A stretch of 63,327 nucleotides of DNA, the filler included, from Stramenopiles sp. TOSAG23-6 (Eukaryota), in NCBI GenBank assembly GCA_900128565.1. It is 9 parts of 9 records of this genome, joined end to end, with 100 filler letters (N's around TTAATTAATTAA, not from the genome) between each part and the next. Parts side by side here need not be neighbours in the genome. Positions count along the whole stretch, not along the records: positions 17,466 to 26,094 come from LT636434.1; positions 26,195 to 34,814 come from LT636435.1; positions 34,915 to 43,532 come from LT636436.1; 6 more parts are not named here. One strand, written 5' to 3'. How positions within the stretch are numbered: the stretch's first letter is position 1; each line of letters begins with the position of its first letter. Shown here one piece after another: positions 25,891 to 36,058 of the stretch. The translations under genes and the position numbers were made by a program. The notes beneath the pieces were generated by a model, which was given only the letters and a program-made list of their open reading frames with translations, ran no database searches and was not told the origin of the DNA.

Positions 25891-26399
25891 ATGTATTTTT
25901 GGAAAAATATTTCAAAAAAAATGTAAAAAAAAATTGTTAGGTACAAAATTTTTATAAAAAACCAAAAAAAAAAAACGATTTTTTTTTTTTTTGGTTTAAA
26001 AAAAAAAAAAAAAAAAAAAATTTTTTTTTTTTTTTAAAAAATAAAATTTTTTTTTAAAAATAAAAAAAAAAAAAAAAAAAATCGAAATGGGTAANNNNNN
26101 NNNNNNNNNNNNNNNNNNNNNNNNNNNNNNNNNNNNNNTTAATTAATTAANNNNNNNNNNNNNNNNNNNNNNNNNNNNNNNNNNNNNNNNNNNNGTTTCC
26201 AATTTCATTGTTAGACCTGTATGAAATATTGATTGGTTCGTAAGACGGACTCAAGTCAATGCGGAAATTTTCGATTTTGTGGCCTGACTCGACCGTTGAC
26301 ATTTTTAATTTTAACGTAACTGTTGCTACAGTTTGTTTGATAACTACTTAAGCTGCTTACTACTTGGGAGTATCCTGTGCTTCACGCGACCACATCGCC

Positions 26400-29300
26400 A
26401 TGTGGTATGATATGGGTATGTATATACTTGTTATTATTCTACATCTTACTCATATTTCTCAATCTGGACTTTCCCAGAACAGACGTGAGGAGTTAGACTT
26501 ACAAGGCCAATTAGTAGTTATGGGTGTAGAGAATGGACACACTTACGCGAAAGAAGCCGTATTTGCAGTTGCTGTAGGCCCAAAATTTGATAGGAAAACA
26601 TCGCGTCTATTATTAAGGCTTAATGGTGCTGTGATTTCTAGTGATAAAGAACATACCGTAAGTACACCAGGTTTGCACGAACTTGAAGTTGGTTTCCTTT
26701 ATTTTCAGACATTAGAACCATCAGCTCCACAGTCCTTGGCTCAGCGAATACACTTTGTTGTCGAGTCTTCAGAAAGATCTGGTATGGAGTGGGGACTGCC
26801 ACTATCATTACCTCCGACTTTATCTGATGTACCTATATCAAATATACCATGGGATGATGTATTGCTGCATGTTATTTCGCCTTCTCTGATGCCTCAGGTT
26901 ACTGTACGAACATCTACGAAAGGTAGACCACGAGCATTTGGAAATTTGCCCTTCACAGTCCAAATGATATCTCGACAAAGTGGATTTGCCATTCGACACA
27001 CCGTTGAAGCTTATGCTTCTTTACGATGTTTAAATTGTGACAAGTCGTCAACTTCTAGTACCCTTTTGGCAAAGCTACCCTTTCTGATGATTCGAGGTCA
27101 TGGCGTTGGAGTGGTTAGTTTTTCAGACGATAGTTTAGATGAAAAAGAGCAATTAAGTGAATATATCATTCGCCAGTATGTTCTTACAGTTCATGTAGGA
27201 TATTCATCGTCAAATCCACACTATATAGATTTTTCTGTCAGTCCTCAAGAGTATCAAATAGTACCCTCAATTATATCAAAAGATTTAATCTATGAGGCAG
27301 GATCTGCATTATATATGCCGCGAGGTTCTATTGTGCTTCAAAGTGGGTCTTTAACTATAAAAGGCCCATCTGTGGTTATGATGGGTGCTGGTGCGAAATT
27401 GGTATGTTCGGGTAAGATTTCAATCGATGGATCTGTAAATAATAAATCTGTCGTCTTTATTACAACAACGACAAAAACGTCTTTTTGGTCAGGAATTCGG
27501 GCTCAAGGGGCTGCAGCAGAGCTTACAATTAAAGGTGCAATGATACTACGTGGCGGTGGCATGATTGATGATCCTCCTCCACGTGCTATACTACATTTGA
27601 CCCCTGGTTCAACAACGTATATTCAGAACAGTGTCTTTGCTGCTGCCAGCAAAGGATCTCTGCTAGTAGCTGCTTCAGATTCTTCATTAAAAATAGATGG
27701 CATGGTGTCACACGGTTTTCTATCCGCATTGCGTCTCCATAAATGTAATATTGAAATAAATAGTGGTGTATTCATAGGTTTTGTTTTAAATACTGCCAAC
27801 GATGATGTAGCACAGGCTAAGGAAGAATTGCAAAATAAAGCAGCTGAAGATGCAGAAAACAATGCTACGAGAACAAGCAACCCAATACCTATTAACTTGC
27901 CAAAGAAAGCTCCTTTACCTGAGTTTGTTACCTTGCCTTTTACAGAGAGAAACTTGCTTTCTTTACAGGATGGGTTTTCTGGTGGAGATTGGGATAATCA
28001 TTTAGGATGGAAGAGTACTGGTGCCAGTATTGAACAACTACAGTGGCATGCATGGATGAAAGGAAATCAAGGTCGTTTACGATCCAATTTGCAAGATGGG
28101 GTGACAGAAGCATTTAATAACGAAAGGCTGTTTCGAAAACGTCAAGGGATAAAACGAATAAATGCACATGATACAATGATTTCAAAGAAGGGTCCTCGAG
28201 TAATTGCAGGTGTTGGAGAAAGTAGAAAGAAAACGAAAATGAATAAAAGGAAAGCACGTTTTTCTGAATATTTACAAGAGCATCTTGAGGAAAATATTAT
28301 ACATATTAATAGTGGGAATACTAAAATATCCAATACTCTAATATTTGGTTCAGTTGGAGATTGTCTTGACTTGGAAGGGAAAGGTGGTACAGTTACTATT
28401 ACTCAATCGTGGTTTGAAGGTTGCTCACATGAAGGAATCGCTGTATCTGTACGGGAACCTGAAGAATACAGTATGTACATTCCTGAAGTAAGACGGAATT
28501 CACAAAAACAAGAAAATCTTCCTAACAATTTAAAAAAAAAAATATTGAAAAAAGTTGTCGTGGATAACACTGTACTCGCCGGATGTCAACAAGGAGTGGA
28601 AGTTGGTTCATCTCGTTCTGATGAAGTTTTAGTCGATATGGAACACATATTATTACTGCAAAATGGTATTGGTTTGCGCCTAGGTGATAATTATCAATCT
28701 AACCAAGGCTATATGATGGCAACAGGATTGCTACGATGTCGCCGGTGTGCTTTCATTAGAAACAATAAAGACGTTTGGCATGCTCAGAAAATAGAAGGCT
28801 CTAAATTTTTATCAGGTACAGAAATTTCACCAGCTGCAAAGATTTGGGTTCACGATTCTTTGGTCGAAAGTATGGATGCGGCAATACTCGATCCTTCGAA
28901 TGTATTTCCGAGATATAGACCAAAGGATTCACTTGCCGTGAAGATCGCAATGATGCACAAAACAGAAAGAATTCTTCGCGCTGAGCAAGGTAACACTGGA
29001 GAAGGTGATATAGCGTCAGATGAAATAAATGAAGAAAAAGAGAATTTCATGAGGATACTTGATGAATCTGTTCTTTCGAACTTGACTGGCTCATCTGTTG
29101 CTGGAATTGTACCTATAGTTGACACACAAACAAATATATCATTATCATTGACAGGCACTCTTGCATCCGCTGTGACGGCTGCAGCTGCCGCGCAATTAAA
29201 TGCTTTTTTTGCATTGCTACCAACAAGTAGTTGTGGTCATGGTATATATGGGTTATCTGCTTCAACTTCACCATTTTCAAAAGAAGAGATTGATTCATTT

Positions 29301-32300
29301 CTGAAATTTCCTTACGGCTTACATAAGATATATAAAAGATTAGGTTATGTTGATCCGGAGCTTACCTCAAAAGTTTTAGAGTCTGTTAGAGTTCCTGAGA
29401 TTAATTTGAATTCTGCCTCAATTATTATGCCCAAAAAAACAGCTACTTTGAACTTTCGTTCAGATGAACCTGCTAGATTTTCATTGCTTCGTTTTTGCCA
29501 AGAGCAAAATTGTTCTTCCGAGGAGTATAAACAGATTCTAGGAGCGCTTGATAATCTAGAAAAAAAAACAAAACATGAATCCAAGCAAAATCAGCCTGGA
29601 TTAACTTGTAAAGTTGGCGACGACGTAATTGCCGAGTTTGAAGGGGATGGTAAAATGTATAAAGCAAAAATTGAGCATATTACAATAGATGAAAACATCT
29701 TAGAAAATTCTATCATAACTATTCAATGGGATGATGGCGACCCATCACATAGAAATTTGCCTTTTACCAAAGTATTCAAGGATGGTGGTGTATGTAATTT
29801 CCCAAAGGACAAACAGAATGGGGTTGGAGAAGACAAAACAGCTAACGCTGAAGACATTTGGAAGCATAGCGCGCGAGACGTAGATTTTTGGATGAATCAA
29901 TTCAACAAGATTGTGGAAAAAAATCCTCGTTGGAAACGTCTCAATATGGATCATAACAATGTTTCTGTTTGTGCGAATGGTGGTCGGACAAGTTATCTAA
30001 GACTGAAACCCTCTAATGCTATTATCGGGAGTTTAATTAATGGATTTCAAAGAGATCAAAACATGAACAATTTTTCATATTTTGATATTGCCTGGGGTAG
30101 TCATAAATATGATGACAAAAGCGAAGAAAAATGGGAAAACATATTTATTGATAAATGGAAAGCGATTCACGAAAACAAGGATAGTGAAGAAGATAAAACG
30201 TGTGATGAAAGCGGTGAATGCCAATCAGAAAATGTAGATACAAAAGCATCTGAACATGTAGGAAATATATTAGATGGAAGAGAACATTTGTTTGTTGTCG
30301 TTCTTTGGGCCAATGTAAAACCTCGAGTGCGTGGCGATACTTTACATTTTTTGTGTGAAGAAAGACTCAGTCAAATGCGTGTAGTAAATATTTATCAGTT
30401 TTCTCCAAATGCGCCTTTATTTAGTCGTAAGGATACACACGAAGAGCGGTGGTTTGATAAGGAATGGTACAATGAATTCTGGGCTATCGGAAAAGACAGC
30501 AAACGTATTTATGATATATCAGCCAAATTAGGTACCGGGCCATTTCAAGTTATATTGTTGCGTGGAACTACTGTTGCTTTTGAGCGAGCAAAAACAACAA
30601 TAAATATGTGGATTCAAGACGACAAGGAGAAAGATGCAAATATTGAAATACTTGGTAGAGTGGATGATATTCAAGTCGCATATTTCGCTCCAAAAACTAG
30701 CGGTCTTGTTGATGATTCTTGGTACCGTCCACCGCCAGGCAAGCCAACAGATGATTTACAAATACTATTGGGTATATCACCACAAGCTACCCAAATGTTT
30801 TTTGGTAACAGTAAGTATTTTCTGAATAGGCATACTAAATCTAAAGACAATTTAAAGAAGGGGAAACCAGTATTTGGAGATTGGTTAGCTTCCCAATGGT
30901 TTGGAGATTATTCCTCAGCGAGCCAAAATAAAGTCAATTACGGCGATAGAAGCCAATCATTTGATCCAAGCAAAGTTGAAGATTTTAACGAGATGGTAAA
31001 TGGAGTTCACACACTACATTCAGATCTTTCACGTGGAGTTTCTCATGATTTTTTTCGAAATGACGGTAAAAATCGATTAAGTGGAACGTTGCGAAGTACT
31101 CTGCTTCAAAGGAGGAAAGAAAAATATTCAACTCCATCGAAGTCCAGCCAAAGTAACTTAATTGAAGAAATGAATTCCACTCTGTCCCATGCGAAAATAC
31201 TAGCGCTTGCAAATCGACCCATGTCTCCTGAAAGTCAATTTCATTTTGGAAAAACAGCTGAATGTCCAAAGTCTACAGACGTTTACTGGAACTTTCAAAT
31301 GGGGCTCGGGGCATTACCTTCAAATACATTCGAAGTACTCGCATCAGTTGTTGGTGCCTTTGCTTTAAACAAGACTTTCGAGACATCTGATAATCAAGAT
31401 ATATGTAACAAAGATGGAGATGATACTCATACAAACTTTACTGATGGTCTAGGTGTACTATTGAATTCATGTGAAGCAATCAAAAAAATAATTGAATTTC
31501 CCAGTCTAAATAATGCCCGTGAAAATATATATAGAGCTGCACTTGTAGCACGTCATCGACCTCGTTTATTAGAAATTTTACTACGTCCAGACTTGTCAAT
31601 TGATTCATCATCTTTGCAATGGATTAAATTTGTAGTACCTGCGTATCGGATAGGAAGTCTCCAAATTTCAAATTCTGATGCCTCTACGGGACTGTGGGCA
31701 GATGAGCTTGCTAATACTTCAATAGCAAATGTTGCAGATATAATTCGTCGAATACGAACTTTTGTTCGTCGCAGAAAATGGAATAAATGGTTCCAGGGAT
31801 ATAAAGTGAATCTTCAGTCATATGGCATGGGTATTACTATTGATGAGATCAAATATGAATTGATTGCTCAAGGTTTGTTGATCACTGATAATGTAAATGG
31901 GGAAGAGGGAAGTGATGATGATTCAAAATGTGCATTGAGCTTTGCAATTAATCTTTGGCATGATATGTGTAAACATTGGAAAACTTTAAAATCGCATGGA
32001 TTCAGTCCTATATCGGACCTTCCAACTCTTCGATCATCAACCAATCCTCTAATTAAAGCTGCCGTATCTTTCTTTTCTAATATTTCAGCCACCAATGTTG
32101 GTATTGGGGTGTCAAACGATTGGTATTCTGATATTGAAATGATGGATGGTGGAGCACACGCACTTGCATTATATCTATTTTCGATTGACCATTTTCCTGC
32201 AGTTCGCGACTCAATTCGATCACAAATATCAAATCATATACGCGAAGCCAAAGAGGCTCACTTAAAATATTCGTCTAAGCGGAAATTAAGCATGAAAAAA

Positions 32301-33404
32301 TTCATCCATGAAAGTAAGAAAAGAGAAACTGAAGAAAACCAAAATAAACACAATATCCCAATTATTCACCCGACTACATTTTTGGCTAATAATATGGAAG
32401 CTGGTTGGGGTGGCATTCATACTACTGAAGAAGACGTGTTATTATTACGAATGAAATTAACGAGGTTTTATGCACAATGGGCCCCAGGAAAACTTACCAA
32501 ACAATCTAGTTCAAATTATCACGATATGAAAGACAAAAATATGTATGACCCAGAAAATAATATTTGGAATAAAAATTTACCGATGGAAGCGTTGTCATGG
32601 AAGTGGTTGGGTCGAGAACGAACACTTTGGTTTGCACTTTTGTATAAGTATCAGGAAGCAGCTTGGCAGATTTCTCGTGGGAATATTAAAGCACCGGATG
32701 CGATCGCTGCATCTGCAGCAGTTGAAGTAGTCGAAAAGCTTGAGATGGAAGCAATGGCATATAATGCATCAGGATTATTGGATGAACCACTTGATATATT
32801 TTTTGATGAAAATGATTCTGTAAATGATCAAAGCATTCCCCAAACAAAACACAATGAAACAAAAAAAGAAGAACTTCGAATTGATACAAATGATAACAAA
32901 CCATATACAATGAACAGTTTTTTTGAGCATTATGGTAGTCTAGACGAGTGGAATGCGGCACGCAGTTTAACAGCAGAAGAAGAGAAACATATAGATGAAA
33001 TCAGTAAAATAAAAACAAGCTTGTTAGAGAAAGATATAAACACAAAAATGAATACCTCAAAGGGGGAATCAAATGATAGAAAACCAAAACAAAAAAAATT
33101 TGCTAAAAAGAGAAAACGAAAAGGAAAACCATTGAAACTGAAAACAAAGTTGAAACTGTCCTCTAAAATGAAAGGAATGCAAAATAAAATCAAAAATTTT
33201 AACCATCAGCACACAAATAAAACTTTGCAAGAAATGCTTGCACAACAATCCCATGGCCAGAGACAAATTGGTCCAATGGCTCCTCAATTCCGAAGCGCTG
33301 TTGAAGTTAACACTGAGAGAAGTTCAAATGAAATCCGAAGGTTCAAGTGGGATCTCCCACCTTTTCTTCATTTTCGTTTATTTGTCGGATATTCTTCAAA
33401 GTAA
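26400..33404 (+). CDS. Very large intronless protein: probable signal peptide, right-handed beta-helix-like region, Tudor-like domain
   Basis: ~2330-aa ORF with a hydrophobic N-terminus, GDCLDLEG/EGIAVS/QGVEVG/GIGLRLGD beta-helix-like turns, and KVGDDVIAEFEGDGKMYKAKI...IQWDDGD. Confidence 0.7.
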   Translation: MWYDMGMYILVIILHLTHISQSGLSQNRREELDLQGQLVVMGVENGHTYAKEAVFAVAVGPKFDRKTSRLLLRLNGAVISSDKEHTVSTPGLHELEVGFLYFQTLEPSAPQSLAQRIHFVVESSERSGMEWGLPLSLPPTLSDVPISNIPWDDVLLHVISPSLMPQVTVRTSTKGRPRAFGNLPFTVQMISRQSGFAIRHTVEAYASLRCLNCDKSSTSSTLLAKLPFLMIRGHGVGVVSFSDDSLDEKEQLSEYIIRQYVLTVHVGYSSSNPHYIDFSVSPQEYQIVPSIISKDLIYEAGSALYMPRGSIVLQSGSLTIKGPSVVMMGAGAKLVCSGKISIDGSVNNKSVVFITTTTKTSFWSGIRAQGAAAELTIKGAMILRGGGMIDDPPPRAILHLTPGSTTYIQNSVFAAASKGSLLVAASDSSLKIDGMVSHGFLSALRLHKCNIEINSGVFIGFVLNTANDDVAQAKEELQNKAAEDAENNATRTSNPIPINLPKKAPLPEFVTLPFTERNLLSLQDGFSGGDWDNHLGWKSTGASIEQLQWHAWMKGNQGRLRSNLQDGVTEAFNNERLFRKRQGIKRINAHDTMISKKGPRVIAGVGESRKKTKMNKRKARFSEYLQEHLEENIIHINSGNTKISNTLIFGSVGDCLDLEGKGGTVTITQSWFEGCSHEGIAVSVREPEEYSMYIPEVRRNSQKQENLPNNLKKKILKKVVVDNTVLAGCQQGVEVGSSRSDEVLVDMEHILLLQNGIGLRLGDNYQSNQGYMMATGLLRCRRCAFIRNNKDVWHAQKIEGSKFLSGTEISPAAKIWVHDSLVESMDAAILDPSNVFPRYRPKDSLAVKIAMMHKTERILRAEQGNTGEGDIASDEINEEKENFMRILDESVLSNLTGSSVAGIVPIVDTQTNISLSLTGTLASAVTAAAAAQLNAFFALLPTSSCGHGIYGLSASTSPFSKEEIDSFLKFPYGLHKIYKRLGYVDPELTSKVLESVRVPEINLNSASIIMPKKTATLNFRSDEPARFSLLRFCQEQNCSSEEYKQILGALDNLEKKTKHESKQNQPGLTCKVGDDVIAEFEGDGKMYKAKIEHITIDENILENSIITIQWDDGDPSHRNLPFTKVFKDGGVCNFPKDKQNGVGEDKTANAEDIWKHSARDVDFWMNQFNKIVEKNPRWKRLNMDHNNVSVCANGGRTSYLRLKPSNAIIGSLINGFQRDQNMNNFSYFDIAWGSHKYDDKSEEKWENIFIDKWKAIHENKDSEEDKTCDESGECQSENVDTKASEHVGNILDGREHLFVVVLWANVKPRVRGDTLHFLCEERLSQMRVVNIYQFSPNAPLFSRKDTHEERWFDKEWYNEFWAIGKDSKRIYDISAKLGTGPFQVILLRGTTVAFERAKTTINMWIQDDKEKDANIEILGRVDDIQVAYFAPKTSGLVDDSWYRPPPGKPTDDLQILLGISPQATQMFFGNSKYFLNRHTKSKDNLKKGKPVFGDWLASQWFGDYSSASQNKVNYGDRSQSFDPSKVEDFNEMVNGVHTLHSDLSRGVSHDFFRNDGKNRLSGTLRSTLLQRRKEKYSTPSKSSQSNLIEEMNSTLSHAKILALANRPMSPESQFHFGKTAECPKSTDVYWNFQMGLGALPSNTFEVLASVVGAFALNKTFETSDNQDICNKDGDDTHTNFTDGLGVLLNSCEAIKKIIEFPSLNNARENIYRAALVARHRPRLLEILLRPDLSIDSSSLQWIKFVVPAYRIGSLQISNSDASTGLWADELANTSIANVADIIRRIRTFVRRRKWNKWFQGYKVNLQSYGMGITIDEIKYELIAQGLLITDNVNGEEGSDDDSKCALSFAINLWHDMCKHWKTLKSHGFSPISDLPTLRSSTNPLIKAAVSFFSNISATNVGIGVSNDWYSDIEMMDGGAHALALYLFSIDHFPAVRDSIRSQISNHIREAKEAHLKYSSKRKLSMKKFIHESKKRETEENQNKHNIPIIHPTTFLANNMEAGWGGIHTTEEDVLLLRMKLTRFYAQWAPGKLTKQSSSNYHDMKDKNMYDPENNIWNKNLPMEALSWKWLGRERTLWFALLYKYQEAAWQISRGNIKAPDAIAASAAVEVVEKLEMEAMAYNASGLLDEPLDIFFDENDSVNDQSIPQTKHNETKKEELRIDTNDNKPYTMNSFFEHYGSLDEWNAARSLTAEEEKHIDEISKIKTSLLEKDINTKMNTSKGESNDRKPKQKKFAKKRKRKGKPLKLKTKLKLSSKMKGMQNKIKNFNHQHTNKTLQEMLAQQSHGQRQIGPMAPQFRSAVEVNTERSSNEIRRFKWDLPPFLHFRLFVGYSSK

Positions 33405-33427
33405 TAAAGAAATAATTTTAAAATTTA

Positions 33428-34763
33428 TTAATGATTTTTATTATTCACTGGGAGTCTTAAACTCAAATTTGATTGTGCGGTATGAAAATCCGAGTCGAGC
33501 ATTAGTTTTCGAAATTCTTCAGGTCCGATTTGTCCATCACCAGATATATCAGCTTCTGCAATAACACGTGCCACATTTGGATCATCTGGTCCATATGTAT
33601 TTTGGAAAAGTATTTCAAAAAAAAAACTAAAATTTGTTAGGTACTATATTTCGTACGAAAAAAAATTCGATTTTTTTGTTAAAAAAAAAAATAAAACATA
33701 CATTGATCCCCCAATAATGTAGCCAAATTATCTTTTGTAATGAAACCATTGCTATCTATATCCATGCGTTTAAACGTGCAATCGATGATTTCCTCTGTCA
33801 TTTCTCGTTGTTCAATACATGTATTTTGGAAAAATATTTCAAAAAAAATCGTTACGTACAAAATTTCGTACGAAAAATAAATTTGAAATTGAAAAAAAGA
33901 AACATACATGCAGCTAGGAATTCAGAGAACTGTACCACATTAGTATTATCTTGATCAATAGCGCAAAATATTTGTGAAATATTCAATTGTTTATCTTTAG
34001 GGTTAAGGTTATTATTTGGGCAAGTGTCTTCCATAACTTTCTGAAGTTCTGATTCACTAATAGTTCCAGTGTTATTTGTATCTATTCGTCGAAATTCCTT
34101 GGATAAATCTTCAAGTTGTGCTCTATCATAGAAATGTGCCATCACTCGAAGGGCGACTCGTTTCAATTTTCTGTAGGACTGAAATTTCGAAAGTGTTTCT
34201 ACAATTTTGATTTCACACTTATTTTCATTTGGCTCTTCGATATGCTTTTTGGAAAAATATTTGAAAAAAAAAAACTTAAATTTGTTAGGTACAAAATTCC
34301 GTACGAAAAAAAAATCGATTTTTTTGTTAAAAAAAAAATAAAACATACATCTTCTGGGAGTACAACGTTGTTCCTAAGCCATTGATGTTTCATTGCCTGT
34401 GCTGATGTAAGTCTTTCATCGGGATTTCGTTCTAGGAGCGATTGCACAAAACTTTTTGCATTCTTTGATATATTTTTCCATTTTTTAGATGTAAATAATT
34501 TACTATTATCCTCCAAAATTGCTTTTTCAAGTCGTATATTATAGGCTTCTGTTTTTTCCTCTGATGTTCTCTTCTCATGTTTAAATTTATACCATTTTTT
34601 CTTGGCAAGACCACTGAATGGTGGAGTGCCAGATAAAAGGAGATAAATATTATCAAAAAATATTTGAAAACTTTTGAAATTAGTTAGGTGTATTACTACA
34701 TTTCAATTAAATATGAAAAAAAAATAAAAATGGATAACGTACAAGTAACGACACCAAGTGACC
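33428..34763 (-). CDS. CDPK: Calcium-dependent protein kinase, C-terminal part (kinase subdomains IX-XI + 4 EF hands); introns 34645-34742, 34242-34348, 33819-33907, 33595-33701
   Basis: Spliced WSLGVVT-YLLLSGTPPF, ERLTSAQAMKHQWL, KLKRVALRVMA junction domain, and DTNNTG, DQDNTN, DIDSNG, DISGDG EF hands. Confidence 0.92.
34645..34742 (-). mobile_element. Family intron, GT...TT
   Basis: Only this 98-nt excision gives the conserved kinase motif GVVTYLLLSGTPPF; the exon ends TT and the intron ends TT. Confidence 0.85.
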
Positions 34764-35049
34764 ACGTATTTTGGAAAAATATTTGAAAAAAAAATCGTTA
34801 GGTACAAAATTTCGNNNNNNNNNNNNNNNNNNNNNNNNNNNNNNNNNNNNNNNNNNNNTTAATTAATTAANNNNNNNNNNNNNNNNNNNNNNNNNNNNNN
34901 NNNNNNNNNNNNNNTTTTTATTTATTTTGGAAAAATTTTTAAAAATTTTTTTTTTTGGTTAGTAAAAAAAAAAAAAAAAATTGTTAGGTACAAAATTTCG
35001 TACGAAAAAAAAAAAGTAGATAAATTTTTTTTAAAAAAATAAAAGATAC

Positions 35050-35712
35050 ATGAGCATCATCAATGTTTGTATTTTGTGAATTTAATTGTGCAGTAAAGGC
35101 AGAATGGCTACGAGGGGAATTATTTATTTGAATTGCATCATCTTTCAATGTTTCAGTCACATCATTCATTGTCTCAGATGGTTGAATTGTTTTTTTTTTT
35201 TTGGATTGTTTTTTTTTTTTCTCATTTTTACGTTTTTTTTCTGCTTTTTTTGGTGACTCTGGCGATAGACGAAAAAGAGAATTCGATGCAGTGATGTATT
35301 TATAACGAAAGTAAAATGGACCTTCGCGTAATGTTCCAGTAATTCGTGTCTGAAATACAAAGGCTCGACCTTGAATACAAAGCAGACTGTTGTCATCGCA
35401 TTCATCAGATATATAAATTTCATTGACTTTTCTATCTTTTGGATCACGACAAGCCACGTCGTTATTACGATAACACCATTGTAGACGCACACTCATTTCA
35501 CTTTTCCGATGATTCTCATTCGTATCTTGCCAGAATGAGAGACAACGAGCAACATAAGGAGCTACTTTCTTAGAAGGGGGTTGAAGTAGAACATAATCTC
35601 CCACACGCGTCAATCCGGAGTATTCATCAACAAAAGCAGCGTAATATGCACGCTTTGAACGATTCGATTTGTTTTGTATCCTTACAGGATCACCAAACCA
35701 ACGTATTGACAT
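35050..35712 (-). CDS. BAH-domain chromatin protein, exon 1 (3' truncated)
   Basis: RVGDYVLL...PYVARC..FWQ...VRLQWCYR...NEIYISDECD.N.L.CIQG. Confidence 0.85.
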
Positions 35713-36058
35713 GCTAAATAACTATACGTTGGTATACATGTTCTCATACAATACGATACTAAGAGTAACGAATTTACTTGTCTATATAATTGTGCTTCTT
35801 GTTGTTGAACAAGAAAAAAAATGATCGTGTGAGTTTGATTTGATGACTTGATTTGACTTCTTCTTGATGTTCCTCTTTTTTTCCTCGCGCGATTTTTCTT
35901 TCGAAAAAAAATGAAGAATTGAATTAGGTACAAAAAATAGGTACGGAATCATGCGGAAGGTTTCCTTATTTTGGTACGAAATTTTGTACCTAAATTTGAA
36001 TTCTGAATAACTTGAAATAAATTGTGCATTATATTGTATTGTATTGTATTGTATTATA

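Noticed and set aside
1116-33404. Alternative genetic code
   Set aside because: Long ORFs are open in the standard code and TAA, TAG and TGA all terminate genes; premature stops are explained by introns
33819-33909. Reading the family as classical U12 AT-AC introns
   Set aside because: The AT duplication permits this register in many copies, but AC is not conserved (GC, TC, GT, AT, TT seen), some copies would start AA, AC or GG, AG-ending copies fix a GT start, and the ATATCCT U12 donor is absent. Not fully excluded without lariat data.
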